Assembly: GCA_963675295.2 (NCBI GenBank)
Contig: CAXXKJ010000002.1
Location: forward strand, 3,040,001 to 3,104,000
Length of the DNA: 64,000 nt
Direction of reading: 5' to 3'
Source: a bacterium
GTDB lineage: Bacteria; Electryoneota; Electryoneia; Electryoneales; Electryoneaceae
The translations under genes were made by a program, and so were the position numbers. This document shows positions 41,470 through 51,402 of this stretch, in pieces. The notes beneath the pieces are model-generated. The model was not told the DNA's origin and searched no databases. It saw only the letters and a list, made by a program, of their open reading frames with translations. Every line of letters begins with the position of its first letter. Positions within the stretch are counted from its first letter, which is position 1.

Positions 41470-42615
41470 ATGGACCTGCTAGGTCAGTTTATTGAGTTCA
41501 CCGGGTTTGTACAGCCCGGGATGTGGAAAAACCTGATTATGATCGCGGTAGGCTTGTTCTTCATCTACCTCGCGATCAAGAAGGATTACGAACCGTTGCT
41601 GCTGATCCCGATCGGATTCGGGATTCTGGTCGGCAACATTCCGTTCCCGCAGGACGCCGGTCTCAACATCGGGATCTACGAGGAGAGCTCGGTCCTGCAC
41701 TACCTCTACTTCGGCGTGTCGAAGGGGATCTACCCGCCGTTGATCTTCCTCGGTATTGGAGCATTGACCGATTTCTCGGCGCTGCTCAGCAACCCGAAGC
41801 TGGTGTTGCTCGGTGCGGCCGCTCAGGTCGGAATCTTCATCACGCTGCTCGGCGCGCTGGCACTTGGTTTTTCTCCGGAACAGGCGGCGGCGATTGGGAT
41901 TATCGGTGGTGCGGACGGTCCGACGGCAATCTTCATTTCGTCGAAGCTGGCGCCTGAACTGATGGGCGCGATTGCGATTGCCGCGTATTCGTACATGGCG
42001 CTGGTGCCAGTGATTCAGCCGCCGATCATGAAGCTGCTGACAACGGAAGCGGAACGGAAGATCCGGATGAAACCGTCCCGTTCGGTGCCGAAGTCGGAGA
42101 AGGTGATCTTCCCGTTGGTCGGTCTGCTGGCGACGTGTTTCATCGCGCCGGGTGCATTGCCGCTGCTGGGCATGCTATTCTTCGGCAATTTGCTGAAGGA
42201 GAGTGGCGTCACCGAACGTCTGGCGAAAACCGCCGGCACCTCGATGATTGACATTGTGACGATCCTGCTCGGGCTGACCGTCGGCGCATCCACCCAGGCG
42301 AGTGTGTTCCTCACTCCGCAGTCGATTTATATCTTCGTGCTCGGCGCGGTCAGTTTCATGATCGCGACGGCGGGTGGGTTGCTGTTCGCCAAGTTCATGA
42401 ACCTGTTTCTCAAGGGTGATGCGAAGATCAACCCGTTGATCGGCGCGGCGGGTGTCAGCGCGGTGCCGGACAGCGCCCGTGTTGCGCAGCAGGTTGGACG
42501 TCAGATCGACCCCGACAACTACTTGTTGATGCACGCGATGGGTCCGAATGTGTCGGGCGTGATCGGTTCGGCGACCGCGGCGGGTGTGTTGCTGTCCTAC
42601 TTCCTCGCGGGATGA
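41470..42615 (+). CDS. Sodium-translocating decarboxylase beta subunit (MmdB/OadB)
   Basis: EPLLLIPIGFG, IGIIGGADGPTAI, IAAYSYMALVP, NPLIGAAGVSAVP, HAMGPNVSGVIGSA. Confidence 0.95.
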   Translation: MDLLGQFIEFTGFVQPGMWKNLIMIAVGLFFIYLAIKKDYEPLLLIPIGFGILVGNIPFPQDAGLNIGIYEESSVLHYLYFGVSKGIYPPLIFLGIGALTDFSALLSNPKLVLLGAAAQVGIFITLLGALALGFSPEQAAAIGIIGGADGPTAIFISSKLAPELMGAIAIAAYSYMALVPVIQPPIMKLLTTEAERKIRMKPSRSVPKSEKVIFPLVGLLATCFIAPGALPLLGMLFFGNLLKESGVTERLAKTAGTSMIDIVTILLGLTVGASTQASVFLTPQSIYIFVLGAVSFMIATAGGLLFAKFMNLFLKGDAKINPLIGAAGVSAVPDSARVAQQVGRQIDPDNYLLMHAMGPNVSGVIGSATAAGVLLSYFLAG

Positions 42616-42885
42616 TGATCGGTAAGCGGTTATCGGTAGTCGGTAAACGGTTGTCGGTTATTGGTAATCGGTTATTGGTAATCGGTAATCGGTAATTGGT
42701 AATCGGTAATCGGTAATCGGTAATCGGTAACTGAGACCAAGTAGGAAGTATTGAAGATGAAATAAATCGGGGACACTTACTCCGTTACGTGTCCCCGTTG
42801 CTCTCATCGTCTCTGTACTTCTTTTTACTTCGTACTTCTTTTCTACTTTCGACTTCTTTGCGACTCTATAATTCTTTCCGACTTC
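42613..42885. repeat. Heptamer array plus palindrome cassette
   Basis: TGATGAT (stop), 16 in-register YGGT-NNN units 42620-42731, then TGAGACC; palindrome CGGGGACAC...GTGTCCCCG 42768-42797; periodic ACTT-rich tract before the sodC stop. Confidence 0.85.
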
Positions 42886-43476
42886 CTACTCTACCCCATC
42901 CTTCGCGACACCGATCACGCCGCAGGCGACACGTGCGCCCGCCGCGCCGGTCGGCTGGCTGTGGAGGTCATCTTCGCCAGCGTGTACAATGACTCCGCGT
43001 CCGAGAATTGATGTTGGTCCATGGAGGCTCATTTTCGGGTCGATCCAACGGTACTCGGCGTTTCCCTGATCATCTGCGATCAGATTGCCGAGATCACCGA
43101 CATGGCGGGTTTCATCGGCCGGTCCGGCGTGCGGATGGTCCGTCGGGTTGAAATGCCCGCCTGCGGAGGTTCCGTCCGGGGCAGAGCAGTCGCCGAATTC
43201 ATGGATATGGAACCCGTGCTTGCCGGGAGTCAGGCCGGTGACGACGGCTTCCACCAGCACACCGTTTTTCGATTGGGTGAAGGTCACGGTGCCACGGACA
43301 TCATTGCCTTGTGTCGGCTGCAGCACGGCGATGGCTTTCGTCACGTTCATCCCCATTTCGTCGTGCATCGCCATCTTGTGATTCTCGTGCATCTGCGCCC
43401 AGGTTGTCGGCATCAGGGCGAGCAACAGAACGGCGAGAACCGTCAGGGTTACGGTCAGGTTGGCTCGGAATTGCAT
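42886..43476 (-). CDS. sodC: Exported Cu/Zn superoxide dismutase
   Basis: Signal peptide; HGFHIH, SAGGHFNP, RHVGDLGN, GARVACG; short His/Met-rich N-terminal segment; start trimmed to 43476. Confidence 0.94.
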   Translation of the reverse strand: MQFRANLTVTLTVLAVLLLALMPTTWAQMHENHKMAMHDEMGMNVTKAIAVLQPTQGNDVRGTVTFTQSKNGVLVEAVVTGLTPGKHGFHIHEFGDCSAPDGTSAGGHFNPTDHPHAGPADETRHVGDLGNLIADDQGNAEYRWIDPKMSLHGPTSILGRGVIVHAGEDDLHSQPTGAAGARVACGVIGVAKDGVE

Positions 43477-43724
43477 CGAACTCCTCCTCTCCCCCCGGCG
43501 TGCAGGGCGAACGTTGAATGGCAAGTTGTCTACTGGTTGACGCTCCAGTGAACGGATAAGGCTGGGACAAAGTTCCGGGCCAGTCAGGCATTGAGGAACC
43601 CTCCGGAGGGAGGCACTCCGAGAGAGAACAATCGGTGCCGGGAGATATTGAGCTGGTATCACCTGACGATAGCACCTAGATTCCACCTTTCATCGAATCC
43701 GTGGATTGAGTGTATGAGGGAATC

Positions 43725-44354
43725 ATGACCGCTGAAGACGCACTGAAACGATTGCAGGACGGAAACAAGCGATTCGTCGATCGTTCGCATGAGTACGCCG
43801 GGCTGGACGAAGAGCGGCGCAAGGCGCTGGTCAGCGAGGGACAGAATCCGTTCGCGTGTGTGTTGTCCTGCAGCGATTCACGTGTGCCGAGCGAACACAT
43901 CTTCGACTGCGGGTTCGGCGATTTGTTCATGGTGCGCGTCGCCGGGAATATCGTGCACTCGATTGAAACCGGCAGTGTCGAGTTCGCGGTCTGGGAGCTC
44001 GGTGTCCCGCTGGTCGTGGTGCTGGGGCACAGCCATTGCGGCGCGGTGACAGCAGCGGTGAGCGAGGAGACCGCGTTCGGCGCGGTGCGGTTGATTCTGG
44101 ACCGTGTGCTGCCCTCAGTGCATCAGGCCCAGGCAGAGCATCCGAACGCGGACAAGGAGACGATCCTTAACGAAGCCATCCGCAAAAACGTGTTCAAGTC
44201 GATGGAAGACCTGCTGCTGGGAAGCATGGTGGTGCGACGGTCGGTTCGTGTGAACCGGATGGAACTGCATGGCGCGATCTACGACATCGAGACCGGCACG
44301 GTGGAGTGGCTGGGCGAACATCCCCGGCAACGTGAATGGCTCGAGTTGGGGTGA
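43725..44354 (+). CDS. Beta-class carbonic anhydrase
   Basis: GNKRF, CSDSRV, GDLFMVRVAGN, GHSHCGAV, YDIETG. Confidence 0.94.
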   Translation: MTAEDALKRLQDGNKRFVDRSHEYAGLDEERRKALVSEGQNPFACVLSCSDSRVPSEHIFDCGFGDLFMVRVAGNIVHSIETGSVEFAVWELGVPLVVVLGHSHCGAVTAAVSEETAFGAVRLILDRVLPSVHQAQAEHPNADKETILNEAIRKNVFKSMEDLLLGSMVVRRSVRVNRMELHGAIYDIETGTVEWLGEHPRQREWLELG

Positions 44355-44359
44355 TGGAT

Positions 44360-44856
44360 CGGGCTCTGGGCTCTAGGCTCTGGGCTCTGGGATACGAGAC
44401 CTCAGACTTCAGACTTGAGACGAGAGAAAAATTTGTGGCCGTGTCTGCTTGCCAGACGCGGCCGTGTTGCTCTTGGATTGTGCGCTGTACGCTGTGTGCT
44501 GTGGACTGAGGACTGAGGACTGAAGACTGAGACCTGAGACCTGAGACCTGAGACCCCGAAAAATATGTAGCCGTGTCTGCTTGTCAGACGCGGCTTCGTT
44601 GCTCTTGGATTGTGCGCTGCGGACTGCGGAGAAGGTAAAGAGTATCATGCTGAACGCGGTGAATGATCCCTGATTGTCAGTTGTCAGCTAAACACCGGGG
44701 GACACTTTGTCCTCAAAGTGTCCCCCGGTTATCCGTTCATCGGGGACACTTACGGGAGTAAGTGTCCCCGATTCTCGTTGTCGTTTCTACTCAGTCGTTT
44801 TACTCACACCTCAAACCTCAAACCTCATACCTTTCCCACTCACATCTCACAACTCA
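44360..44856. repeat. Large composite intergenic repeat region between convergent genes
   Basis: TGGGCTC and TGAGACC/TGAGGAC heptamer runs; about 60-bp direct repeat containing GCCGTGTCTG..CAGACGCGGC (44437-44463, 44569-44595); palindromes 44694-44729 and 44739-44772; CTCA heptamers 44803-44856. Confidence 0.85.
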
Positions 44857-45276
44857 TCACTGCCTTTTTCGATGCTCGATCTTGATGCACTTATCCATTA
44901 CAACACCCAGGCCGGCGTTGCGTGCGATCTCAGCGGCTTCGTCGTTGACAATCCCCAGTTGCAGCCAGAAATAGTTCGCGCCGATTTTCGCGGCGGCTTC
45001 GGCGACGGGGACAACCCGGTCCGGATTTAGGAACACGTCCACCACTTCCACCGGTCCGTCGATGGCTTCCAGGTTCGGGTAGCATTTCCGGCCCAGCACT
45101 TCGGTCGCTTTCGGATGTACCGGCACGACGTCAAAGCCGTGATCGATCAGGTATTTGCCCACCTTGTAGCTGTCCCGGTGTTCCTTGGGGGACAGGCCGA
45201 CGATAGCGATACGGCCCCTGGTGTTGAGGATGTCGTTGATCACGGACGGATCGTTCACGGGGCGTGCTTCAGACAT
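44857..45276 (-). CDS. CoA-binding domain protein (YccU-like)
   Basis: IAIVGLSP, VVPVHP, VVDVF, WLQLGI, VVMDKCIKIEH. Confidence 0.9.
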   Translation of the reverse strand: MSEARPVNDPSVINDILNTRGRIAIVGLSPKEHRDSYKVGKYLIDHGFDVVPVHPKATEVLGRKCYPNLEAIDGPVEVVDVFLNPDRVVPVAEAAAKIGANYFWLQLGIVNDEAAEIARNAGLGVVMDKCIKIEHRKRQ

Positions 45277-45308
45277 GGGGACTCTCCGGTTGCTTCAGGT
45301 GATATCGT

Positions 45309-45683
45309 TCAGGCAAAACTGAGCCACGACGGGAACAGCAGGTTCAGCAGCGACAGGATGGCGATCAGCAGCATCAGCGCGCCGAAGGATACATTCATCA
45401 GGAATTTCGGGCTCTGCTTCCATTTCCTGTTCGCTTCCTCGAGCTCGACGATCCGTTCCCGCAGGTCCGAGGAGCTCGGTTCGCTGGCTCGCTGCACTCC
45501 TTCCCGTTCAGCCAGTTGAGTACGTTCCAGCCGCAACTTGAGTTCAGTGAGACGGTTGCGCAGCCGTTTCGGTTGACGATAGAGGTAGTCAACCAGCAGG
45601 AACAGGCCAAACGCGAACAACGCGCCGTTGATCGCGGCCAATACGAGGCGCATGATCGTCAAACCGTCTGAACTCATGGACAT
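45309..45683 (-). CDS. Hypothetical membrane protein (two TM helices flanking a coiled coil)
   Basis: Hydrophobic termini with central LRNRLTELKLRLE...LRERIVELEE; start uncertain. Confidence 0.55.
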   Translation of the reverse strand: MSMSSDGLTIMRLVLAAINGALFAFGLFLLVDYLYRQPKRLRNRLTELKLRLERTQLAEREGVQRASEPSSSDLRERIVELEEANRKWKQSPKFLMNVSFGALMLLIAILSLLNLLFPSWLSFA

Positions 45684-45887
45684 TTTCTCGTTGCGTTGAA
45701 TCGTGACTGGGAAATGTAAACTGTCGCGGATTGGTGCGGTTAGACAAGGCCGATCCATACAGCTGCGGAGAGATTGCTCGGGTGCCCGCGTGATCAACCA
45801 TCTTTGCTGTAAGATGAGTCACGAGGGAAGCCCAATACGGGGACGATCCCGACTTGCAAGCAAGTCGGGGCACACACATCTTCAGCC

Positions 45888-48419
45888 ATGCCTGCAAACG
45901 ACCTGAAAGAAGCGAAACGCCGTGCTGCCATGGCGGCATTGGATTATGACAAGGTGCTGGACGCCGTCGCTGGACTGTGCCTGACCGGATACGGACGCGA
46001 CCGTGTGCTCGAGCTGTACCCCTCGTTCGAGCCGGATGCGGAGTGGACGCAGCGCGTGGACAGTGTCGAAACGTTGCGGGACGAGTTCGACCGCATCGAG
46101 ACGCTGACCGGCCTGATTGAACGTGACAAGCCGCTCAATTTCGCCGGGGTGCGTGATCTCGGCGACAGCCTGCTTCGCGCGCAAGTACCGGGCAGCCGAC
46201 TGGAAACCGGCGAGCTGCTCGACATCGCGCAGATGCTGACCGCGACCGACCGTCTGCGCGAGCAGATCAACAAGCACGCCGACGAGATGCACGCATTGCA
46301 ACCCTTCGCGGACATTCTGCCTTCCGCCCCGCGTCTGGTCAGCCGCATCGAGAAGATGATCAGCGTCCGCACCGGACTGGTGGTGGACAACGCGACGCCG
46401 GAACTGAACCGTCTCCGTCGCTCGGTCGAGACCTCGATCAGCAACATGCGCAACAAGCTGGATGGTCTGATCCGCAAGCACGGCGACGCCGGTGAACTGG
46501 TCGAGAGCAGCTTCAGCGTGCGAGAGGATCGGTATGTGCTGGCGGTAAAATCCTCGTCCCGGAACCGTGTCCATGGCATCATCCATGGCATGTCGTCCTC
46601 CGGGAATACGGTCTACATCGAACCGAACGAACTGGTCGCGGCGGGCAACGAGATTCGCCGGCTGCAGGAAGAGGAAGCCGAGGAGGTGCGGCGAATCCTG
46701 CGGCTGCTGACCGATGAGGTCCGTGAACACCTGGACGATCTCAAAGACGCCGTGCTCTGTGTCGGCCTGCTCGACAGCCTGCAGGCACGGGCGAAGTTCG
46801 CGGTGCAGGTGGGCGCGATGCGTCCAGCGGTGCGTCCTGGAATGTTGCGATTGGTCGAAGCCCGTCACCCGCTGCTGGTGTTGCGCAAGGGGATTGACGC
46901 GACGGTGCCGTTGACGTTGTACCTCGGCCAGGATCCAGACCAGGAAGTCAATCCGGATGGCGTCGAAGCGCTGGGCCGTGCGTTTGTCATCACCGGTCCC
47001 AACGCCGGCGGAAAAACGGTCCTGCTGAAGACGCTCGGCTTGTGTTCGGCGTTGATCCACGCCGGTATCTGGCCTCCGGCCGGGGATGGAACCGTGGTGC
47101 CGCCATTGGACGAATGGCACGTGATCATCGGGGACGACCAGTCGCTCGAGGGCGATCTGTCGTCGTTTACGGGCCACCTCGAGAAGCTGAAGACGATCAC
47201 CGTCAGCCCGGCGCCGAACAAGCTGGTGCTGGTGGACGAAATCGCCGCCGGCACCGACCCCGCCGAAGGCGGGCCGTTGGCCGAATCGTTCCTCGAGATG
47301 GCGGTGGAACGGGGCTGGTGGACGCTGGTCAGCACGCACATGGGCGAGCTCAAGGCGTTCGCACACAAGACGGACGGTGTCCGCAACGGGTCGATGCAGT
47401 TCAACCGGGAAACCCTCTCCCCCACCTACGTCTTCCAACCCGACCTGCCGGGCTCGAGCTACGCGTTGGAAATCGCCGCGCGTGTCGGCATGCCGAAGAA
47501 AGTGGTCAAGCGTGCACGCACACTCGCCGGTTCCAAACGCGCAAAGCTTGAAGATCTGATCGAGGAGCTGTCGCAGCGGTTGCGTGGTGCGAAGGAACGT
47601 GAGCGTGAGCTCGAGAAATCGCTCGCGTCCGCCAGTGACCGCGACGCGAAGCTGCAGGAAAAGATCGACGCGCTCGAAGCGAAGCGGGACGAACACATCG
47701 CCAGGGCCGCTGCGGAAGCGCAACGCATCCTCGACAACGCCAACCGGACACTCGAGCACACGGTGAAGCAGATCCGAGAGCAGCAGGCGTCCAAGGAGTC
47801 GATTCTCGCCGCGAAGCAGCGCTTCGCCGAGTTGCAGGACTCGGTACAAACCGAGGCGCAGGCCGCCGACGAACGCCGCAAGAAACGCCGGCAGAAACCA
47901 AAGCCGAAGAAGGTGCAAACCGTCGCCGTCAAGAAGCAGAAGCCGGAACCGGTGACGTTGGACGGTCCGTTGGAGATCGGCGACGAGGTTCTCATTGGCG
48001 AGGGCGACGTGCGCGGCACGGTGCTGGCGTTGAAAAAGACGAGCGTGCAGGTCGCAACCGGTTCGATGAAGCTGTGGATGGCGCCGTCCGAATTGCGCAA
48101 GGTCGGCCGTAGCCAGCCGACAGCGCACTCTCGGCTCGAAGTCGGCCTCGGGGACGAGGACAAGGGCCCGATCAGCACGGAACTCAAGTTGATCGGCAAA
48201 CGTGCCGAAGAAGCATCGGCGGAGCTGGAAGCGTACCTGGAAGAGCTCGCGCTGGCGAACCTGCCGTACGCGCGAATCGTGCACGGCAAGGGCACCGGCA
48301 CCCTGCGCGCGATGGTGCAGGAACGGTTGAAGAACAGCCCGCTCGTCGCTGATTACCGTTTCGGCGAACCGGGTGAAGGCGGCGACGGCGTCACGATTGT
48401 GCAGATGACCAAGTCCTGA
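45888..48419 (+). CDS. mutS2: Endonuclease MutS2
   Basis: SSSGNTVYIEP, ARHPLL, Walker A GPNAGGKT, IGDDQS, DEIAAGTDP, STH, Smr domain IVHGKGTG. Confidence 0.95.
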   Translation: MPANDLKEAKRRAAMAALDYDKVLDAVAGLCLTGYGRDRVLELYPSFEPDAEWTQRVDSVETLRDEFDRIETLTGLIERDKPLNFAGVRDLGDSLLRAQVPGSRLETGELLDIAQMLTATDRLREQINKHADEMHALQPFADILPSAPRLVSRIEKMISVRTGLVVDNATPELNRLRRSVETSISNMRNKLDGLIRKHGDAGELVESSFSVREDRYVLAVKSSSRNRVHGIIHGMSSSGNTVYIEPNELVAAGNEIRRLQEEEAEEVRRILRLLTDEVREHLDDLKDAVLCVGLLDSLQARAKFAVQVGAMRPAVRPGMLRLVEARHPLLVLRKGIDATVPLTLYLGQDPDQEVNPDGVEALGRAFVITGPNAGGKTVLLKTLGLCSALIHAGIWPPAGDGTVVPPLDEWHVIIGDDQSLEGDLSSFTGHLEKLKTITVSPAPNKLVLVDEIAAGTDPAEGGPLAESFLEMAVERGWWTLVSTHMGELKAFAHKTDGVRNGSMQFNRETLSPTYVFQPDLPGSSYALEIAARVGMPKKVVKRARTLAGSKRAKLEDLIEELSQRLRGAKERERELEKSLASASDRDAKLQEKIDALEAKRDEHIARAAAEAQRILDNANRTLEHTVKQIREQQASKESILAAKQRFAELQDSVQTEAQAADERRKKRRQKPKPKKVQTVAVKKQKPEPVTLDGPLEIGDEVLIGEGDVRGTVLALKKTSVQVATGSMKLWMAPSELRKVGRSQPTAHSRLEVGLGDEDKGPISTELKLIGKRAEEASAELEAYLEELALANLPYARIVHGKGTGTLRAMVQERLKNSPLVADYRFGEPGEGGDGVTIVQMTKS

Positions 48420-48515
48420 TCGTCACCGGGGGAACGTGTGCCCGTCTGGCAATCGGGAACACGAACCGTTACCTTGTGCACGTTCTGGCTGTGACATAAA
48501 ACCCGTGTGGGTCCG

Positions 48516-48965
48516 ATGAAGCGTGTTTCCTTAGTCTCGTTGCTGTTACTGATCGCGGTGGCCTTCTCCATGCCATCTGTCGCCCATGCAGACGCCGTCA
48601 AGACGATGTACGACCGCGCCTATGCGCTGTATGAGCAGGGCCAGCTCAGTTCGGCTATCCCGACCTTCCGTGAGATCACGGAGAAGTATCCGAACAGCTC
48701 GCTCGCCGATAACGCGCAGTACTGGATCGGGGAAGCGTATTTCGTGCTCAAGCGCTACGAGCAGGCGATTATCGAGTTCGACAAGACGTTGACCTACCAG
48801 AACACGAACAAGCGTGAGGACGCAGTGTACAAGCTGGCGTCCTGCCACGAGCGGTTGGGCAAAAGCGAAACAGCGTTGGAGTTGTACACCCGTCTGTTGG
48901 CGGAATTCCCGAACACGCGGCACGCATCCTACGTGCTGAAGAAGCTCGACATGCTCGGATCGTAA
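48516..48965 (+). CDS. Exported TPR protein (CpoB/YbgF-like)
   Basis: Signal peptide; YPNSSLADNAQYWIGEAYF, DAVYKLA, FPNT. Confidence 0.75.
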   Translation: MKRVSLVSLLLLIAVAFSMPSVAHADAVKTMYDRAYALYEQGQLSSAIPTFREITEKYPNSSLADNAQYWIGEAYFVLKRYEQAIIEFDKTLTYQNTNKREDAVYKLASCHERLGKSETALELYTRLLAEFPNTRHASYVLKKLDMLGS

Positions 48966-49041
48966 CCGGATCGATCCGCAAATTCACACATCGAACGAAG
49001 AACGACGACGACCACCAAACCATCCCCGAGAACCCCACCCG

Positions 49042-51060
49042 ATGAATCGACTGCTGACCGTGCTGCCCCTGCTGCTAGTATTGTTGTGTGCTCCGTTTGC
49101 GGAGGCCACGCAGCCGATCGAGGAATACACCAACGAGGGGCTGCGTTGGCCGACCGATATCTCCCGCCGGATCACCAGTACGTTTGGCGAGTACCGTGCC
49201 GACCGGTTCCACGCCGGCCTCGACTTCAGCATCAACGGCAGCATCGGCGCTCCGGCCTACGCCATCGACTCCGGGCACATCTCGCGGATCAAGACCACCT
49301 TCAACGGCTACGGCCGGGTCATCTATTTCACCCTCGACAGCGGCGACATCGCGGTGTACGCACACCTCGACCGTTTCGAGGATCGGATTGAAGCGGTTGT
49401 CCGCCAACAGCAGCTGCACCAGGGCCGCTATGAGATCGAATACTGGCCGGGACCGGACGAGCTGCGCTACGAGAAGGGTGATGTGGTCGCCTATTGCGGC
49501 AACACGGGCGCGGGCGCGCCGCACCTGCACTTTGAATTGCGCACTCCGCGGAATGAACCGTACGACCCGGTGATGGCGGGATTTTATTACGACGATTCCT
49601 ACGCGCCGTATGTGCGGCGGGTGGCGATCCGTCCCCTCGACGGCGACAGCGAAGTCGAGGGCCGGATGGAATCGCAAGTGTACGACGTGCGCCAGGGTGT
49701 TGTCGCGCCGGTGCAGTTCTACGGCAAGATCGGGCTCAGCGTGCAGGCGCATGATTTCCAGCAGGGCGGCTGGTCACGGCTGGGCGTGAAGACGTTTGAG
49801 CTGTACCTGGACGACGTCCTGTTGCACAAGACGGTGATGGACACCTTCCAGTACGCGTTCAACCGTCATTCCCGGCTCGAGTTCGACTATGAGCTGCGGC
49901 GTGACGGCTGGAATAAATTTCGCCGCATGTACCCGGTTCCTGGTAACAAGCTGACGCTCTACGATGAGTCGCTCCCCGGCGGAATCATCGACAGCCGCGA
50001 GATCGGCGCCGGCATGCACATGGTTCGCTTCCGTGTCACCGACCATCGCGGGAATGTGGGCGAGGCGACGTGGCCGATTGAGCCATTGCACGAACCGGCG
50101 TTACCCGCCGCATCCACACCGGACAGCCTGCCCGAGTTTGCCTTGTCGGAACGGCATGCCCTGGATCTCGACCTGCGGTTCACGTTGACCGGTACCACCG
50201 CCGAACTGTTCCTGGCCGATTCGGACACGATTGAGGTGGCCCACGCCTATGCGAACAGTCCTGTTTTTATCACGCCCAAGCGGATGGTTCCGTTGCGGCA
50301 GGGCTGGTACACGCGTGCGGCGCTGTCGCTGGACCATTCTGGCATGACACCGGTGACGGTGCTGCTCGAGGACACTGCCGGCGTGGTGTACCAGGTCACT
50401 TTGGACAAGCGGCTGATCCCGTTGCGTGCAGGTGTCAACAGCGATTTCCGGTTGCCGGAGTATGGACTTTCGATGCATTTCAACGGCTACGGGCTGCCGT
50501 GGGACATGGTTGCCGAGCTGACGGTCGACACTACCGAGTCCGGCACCGACGCGCCAGTTTTCACCATCACACCGAACGACTACCCGTTCCTGACGACCTT
50601 CGAGATGACGCTCGATTCTCAGACCGATCCCTACCCGTCGCATGCGGTGATGGTCTACCGTGAACATGACGGACAACGCTGGAACTACCTCAGCAATGAA
50701 CGGGCTGCGGACGGACTGCGCATGATCGCCGATGTGCTCAGCTTCGAAGCGTTCTCGGTTGCACAGGACACGATTCCGCCGGAGTTGTACAACCTGACAC
50801 CGAATGACGGCGCGGCGTTCAAAACGAGAAAGCCGTTGCTGGCGGCACGAATCCGCGACTCGTTCAGCGGGCTCGATATGGCTGAGAGCGGGATCTGGCT
50901 GGATGGCGAAGAGGTCATCTGGGTGTACGATCCGGACGCTGCCCGCATCGAGTACCGGCCGTGGGAATCTCTCCCCGCCGGACGCCACGAGTGGAAGATT
51001 GTCGCCGCAGACAACGCTGGCAATCGTACCGAGTACACCCGGAGTTTCGTGATCGACTGA
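49042..51060 (+). CDS. M23 family metallopeptidase with C-terminal Ig-like domains
   Basis: Signal peptide; FGEYR..FHAGLD (HxxxD), YAHL, PHLHFE (HxH). Confidence 0.88.
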   Translation: MNRLLTVLPLLLVLLCAPFAEATQPIEEYTNEGLRWPTDISRRITSTFGEYRADRFHAGLDFSINGSIGAPAYAIDSGHISRIKTTFNGYGRVIYFTLDSGDIAVYAHLDRFEDRIEAVVRQQQLHQGRYEIEYWPGPDELRYEKGDVVAYCGNTGAGAPHLHFELRTPRNEPYDPVMAGFYYDDSYAPYVRRVAIRPLDGDSEVEGRMESQVYDVRQGVVAPVQFYGKIGLSVQAHDFQQGGWSRLGVKTFELYLDDVLLHKTVMDTFQYAFNRHSRLEFDYELRRDGWNKFRRMYPVPGNKLTLYDESLPGGIIDSREIGAGMHMVRFRVTDHRGNVGEATWPIEPLHEPALPAASTPDSLPEFALSERHALDLDLRFTLTGTTAELFLADSDTIEVAHAYANSPVFITPKRMVPLRQGWYTRAALSLDHSGMTPVTVLLEDTAGVVYQVTLDKRLIPLRAGVNSDFRLPEYGLSMHFNGYGLPWDMVAELTVDTTESGTDAPVFTITPNDYPFLTTFEMTLDSQTDPYPSHAVMVYREHDGQRWNYLSNERAADGLRMIADVLSFEAFSVAQDTIPPELYNLTPNDGAAFKTRKPLLAARIRDSFSGLDMAESGIWLDGEEVIWVYDPDAARIEYRPWESLPAGRHEWKIVAADNAGNRTEYTRSFVID

Positions 51061-51136
51061 GTGTGATTTCGCTCGATCTCTGGTTTTCATTTCCCTGATT
51101 CCCTGACTACCTTCCGAGCTGCATTTTCGCTGGTTG

Positions 51137-51390
51137 TGTCACTCTGATGCCACAGGCGGAAGAGTCTATCCTGTTTACTGGAACGGTACCAGTAACGAAT
51201 TACATGTTCCGCTACTTTGGGTAGATCCTTCCAGTCACGGGCGTGACTGTCAGGATGACACATTCGAGATTGCCGCAACAGTGTTTTTGTGTTTGGTGTT
51301 TGGTGTTTGGTGTTTGGTGTTTGGTGTTTGGTGTTTGCTCATAGCTCATAGCTCATAGCTCACAACTCAGAGCTCACAGCTCAAGACTCA
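51137..51390. repeat. REP-like inverted pair plus heptamer arrays upstream of valS
   Basis: TGTCACTCTGA..GAAGAGTCTA ... TAGATCCTTC..TCAGGATGACA (51137-51260); (TGGTGTT)x6 51294-51335; CTCA at 7-bp steps 51338-51387 (8 units). Confidence 0.82.
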
Positions 51391-51402
51391 GGACAGACTG
51401 CC

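Noticed and set aside
44427-44620. Two ~60-bp direct repeats with a palindrome, resembling a mini CRISPR
   Set aside because: Only two imperfect copies, the spacer is made of heptamer repeats, and there are no cas genes; treated as a REP-like mosaic.
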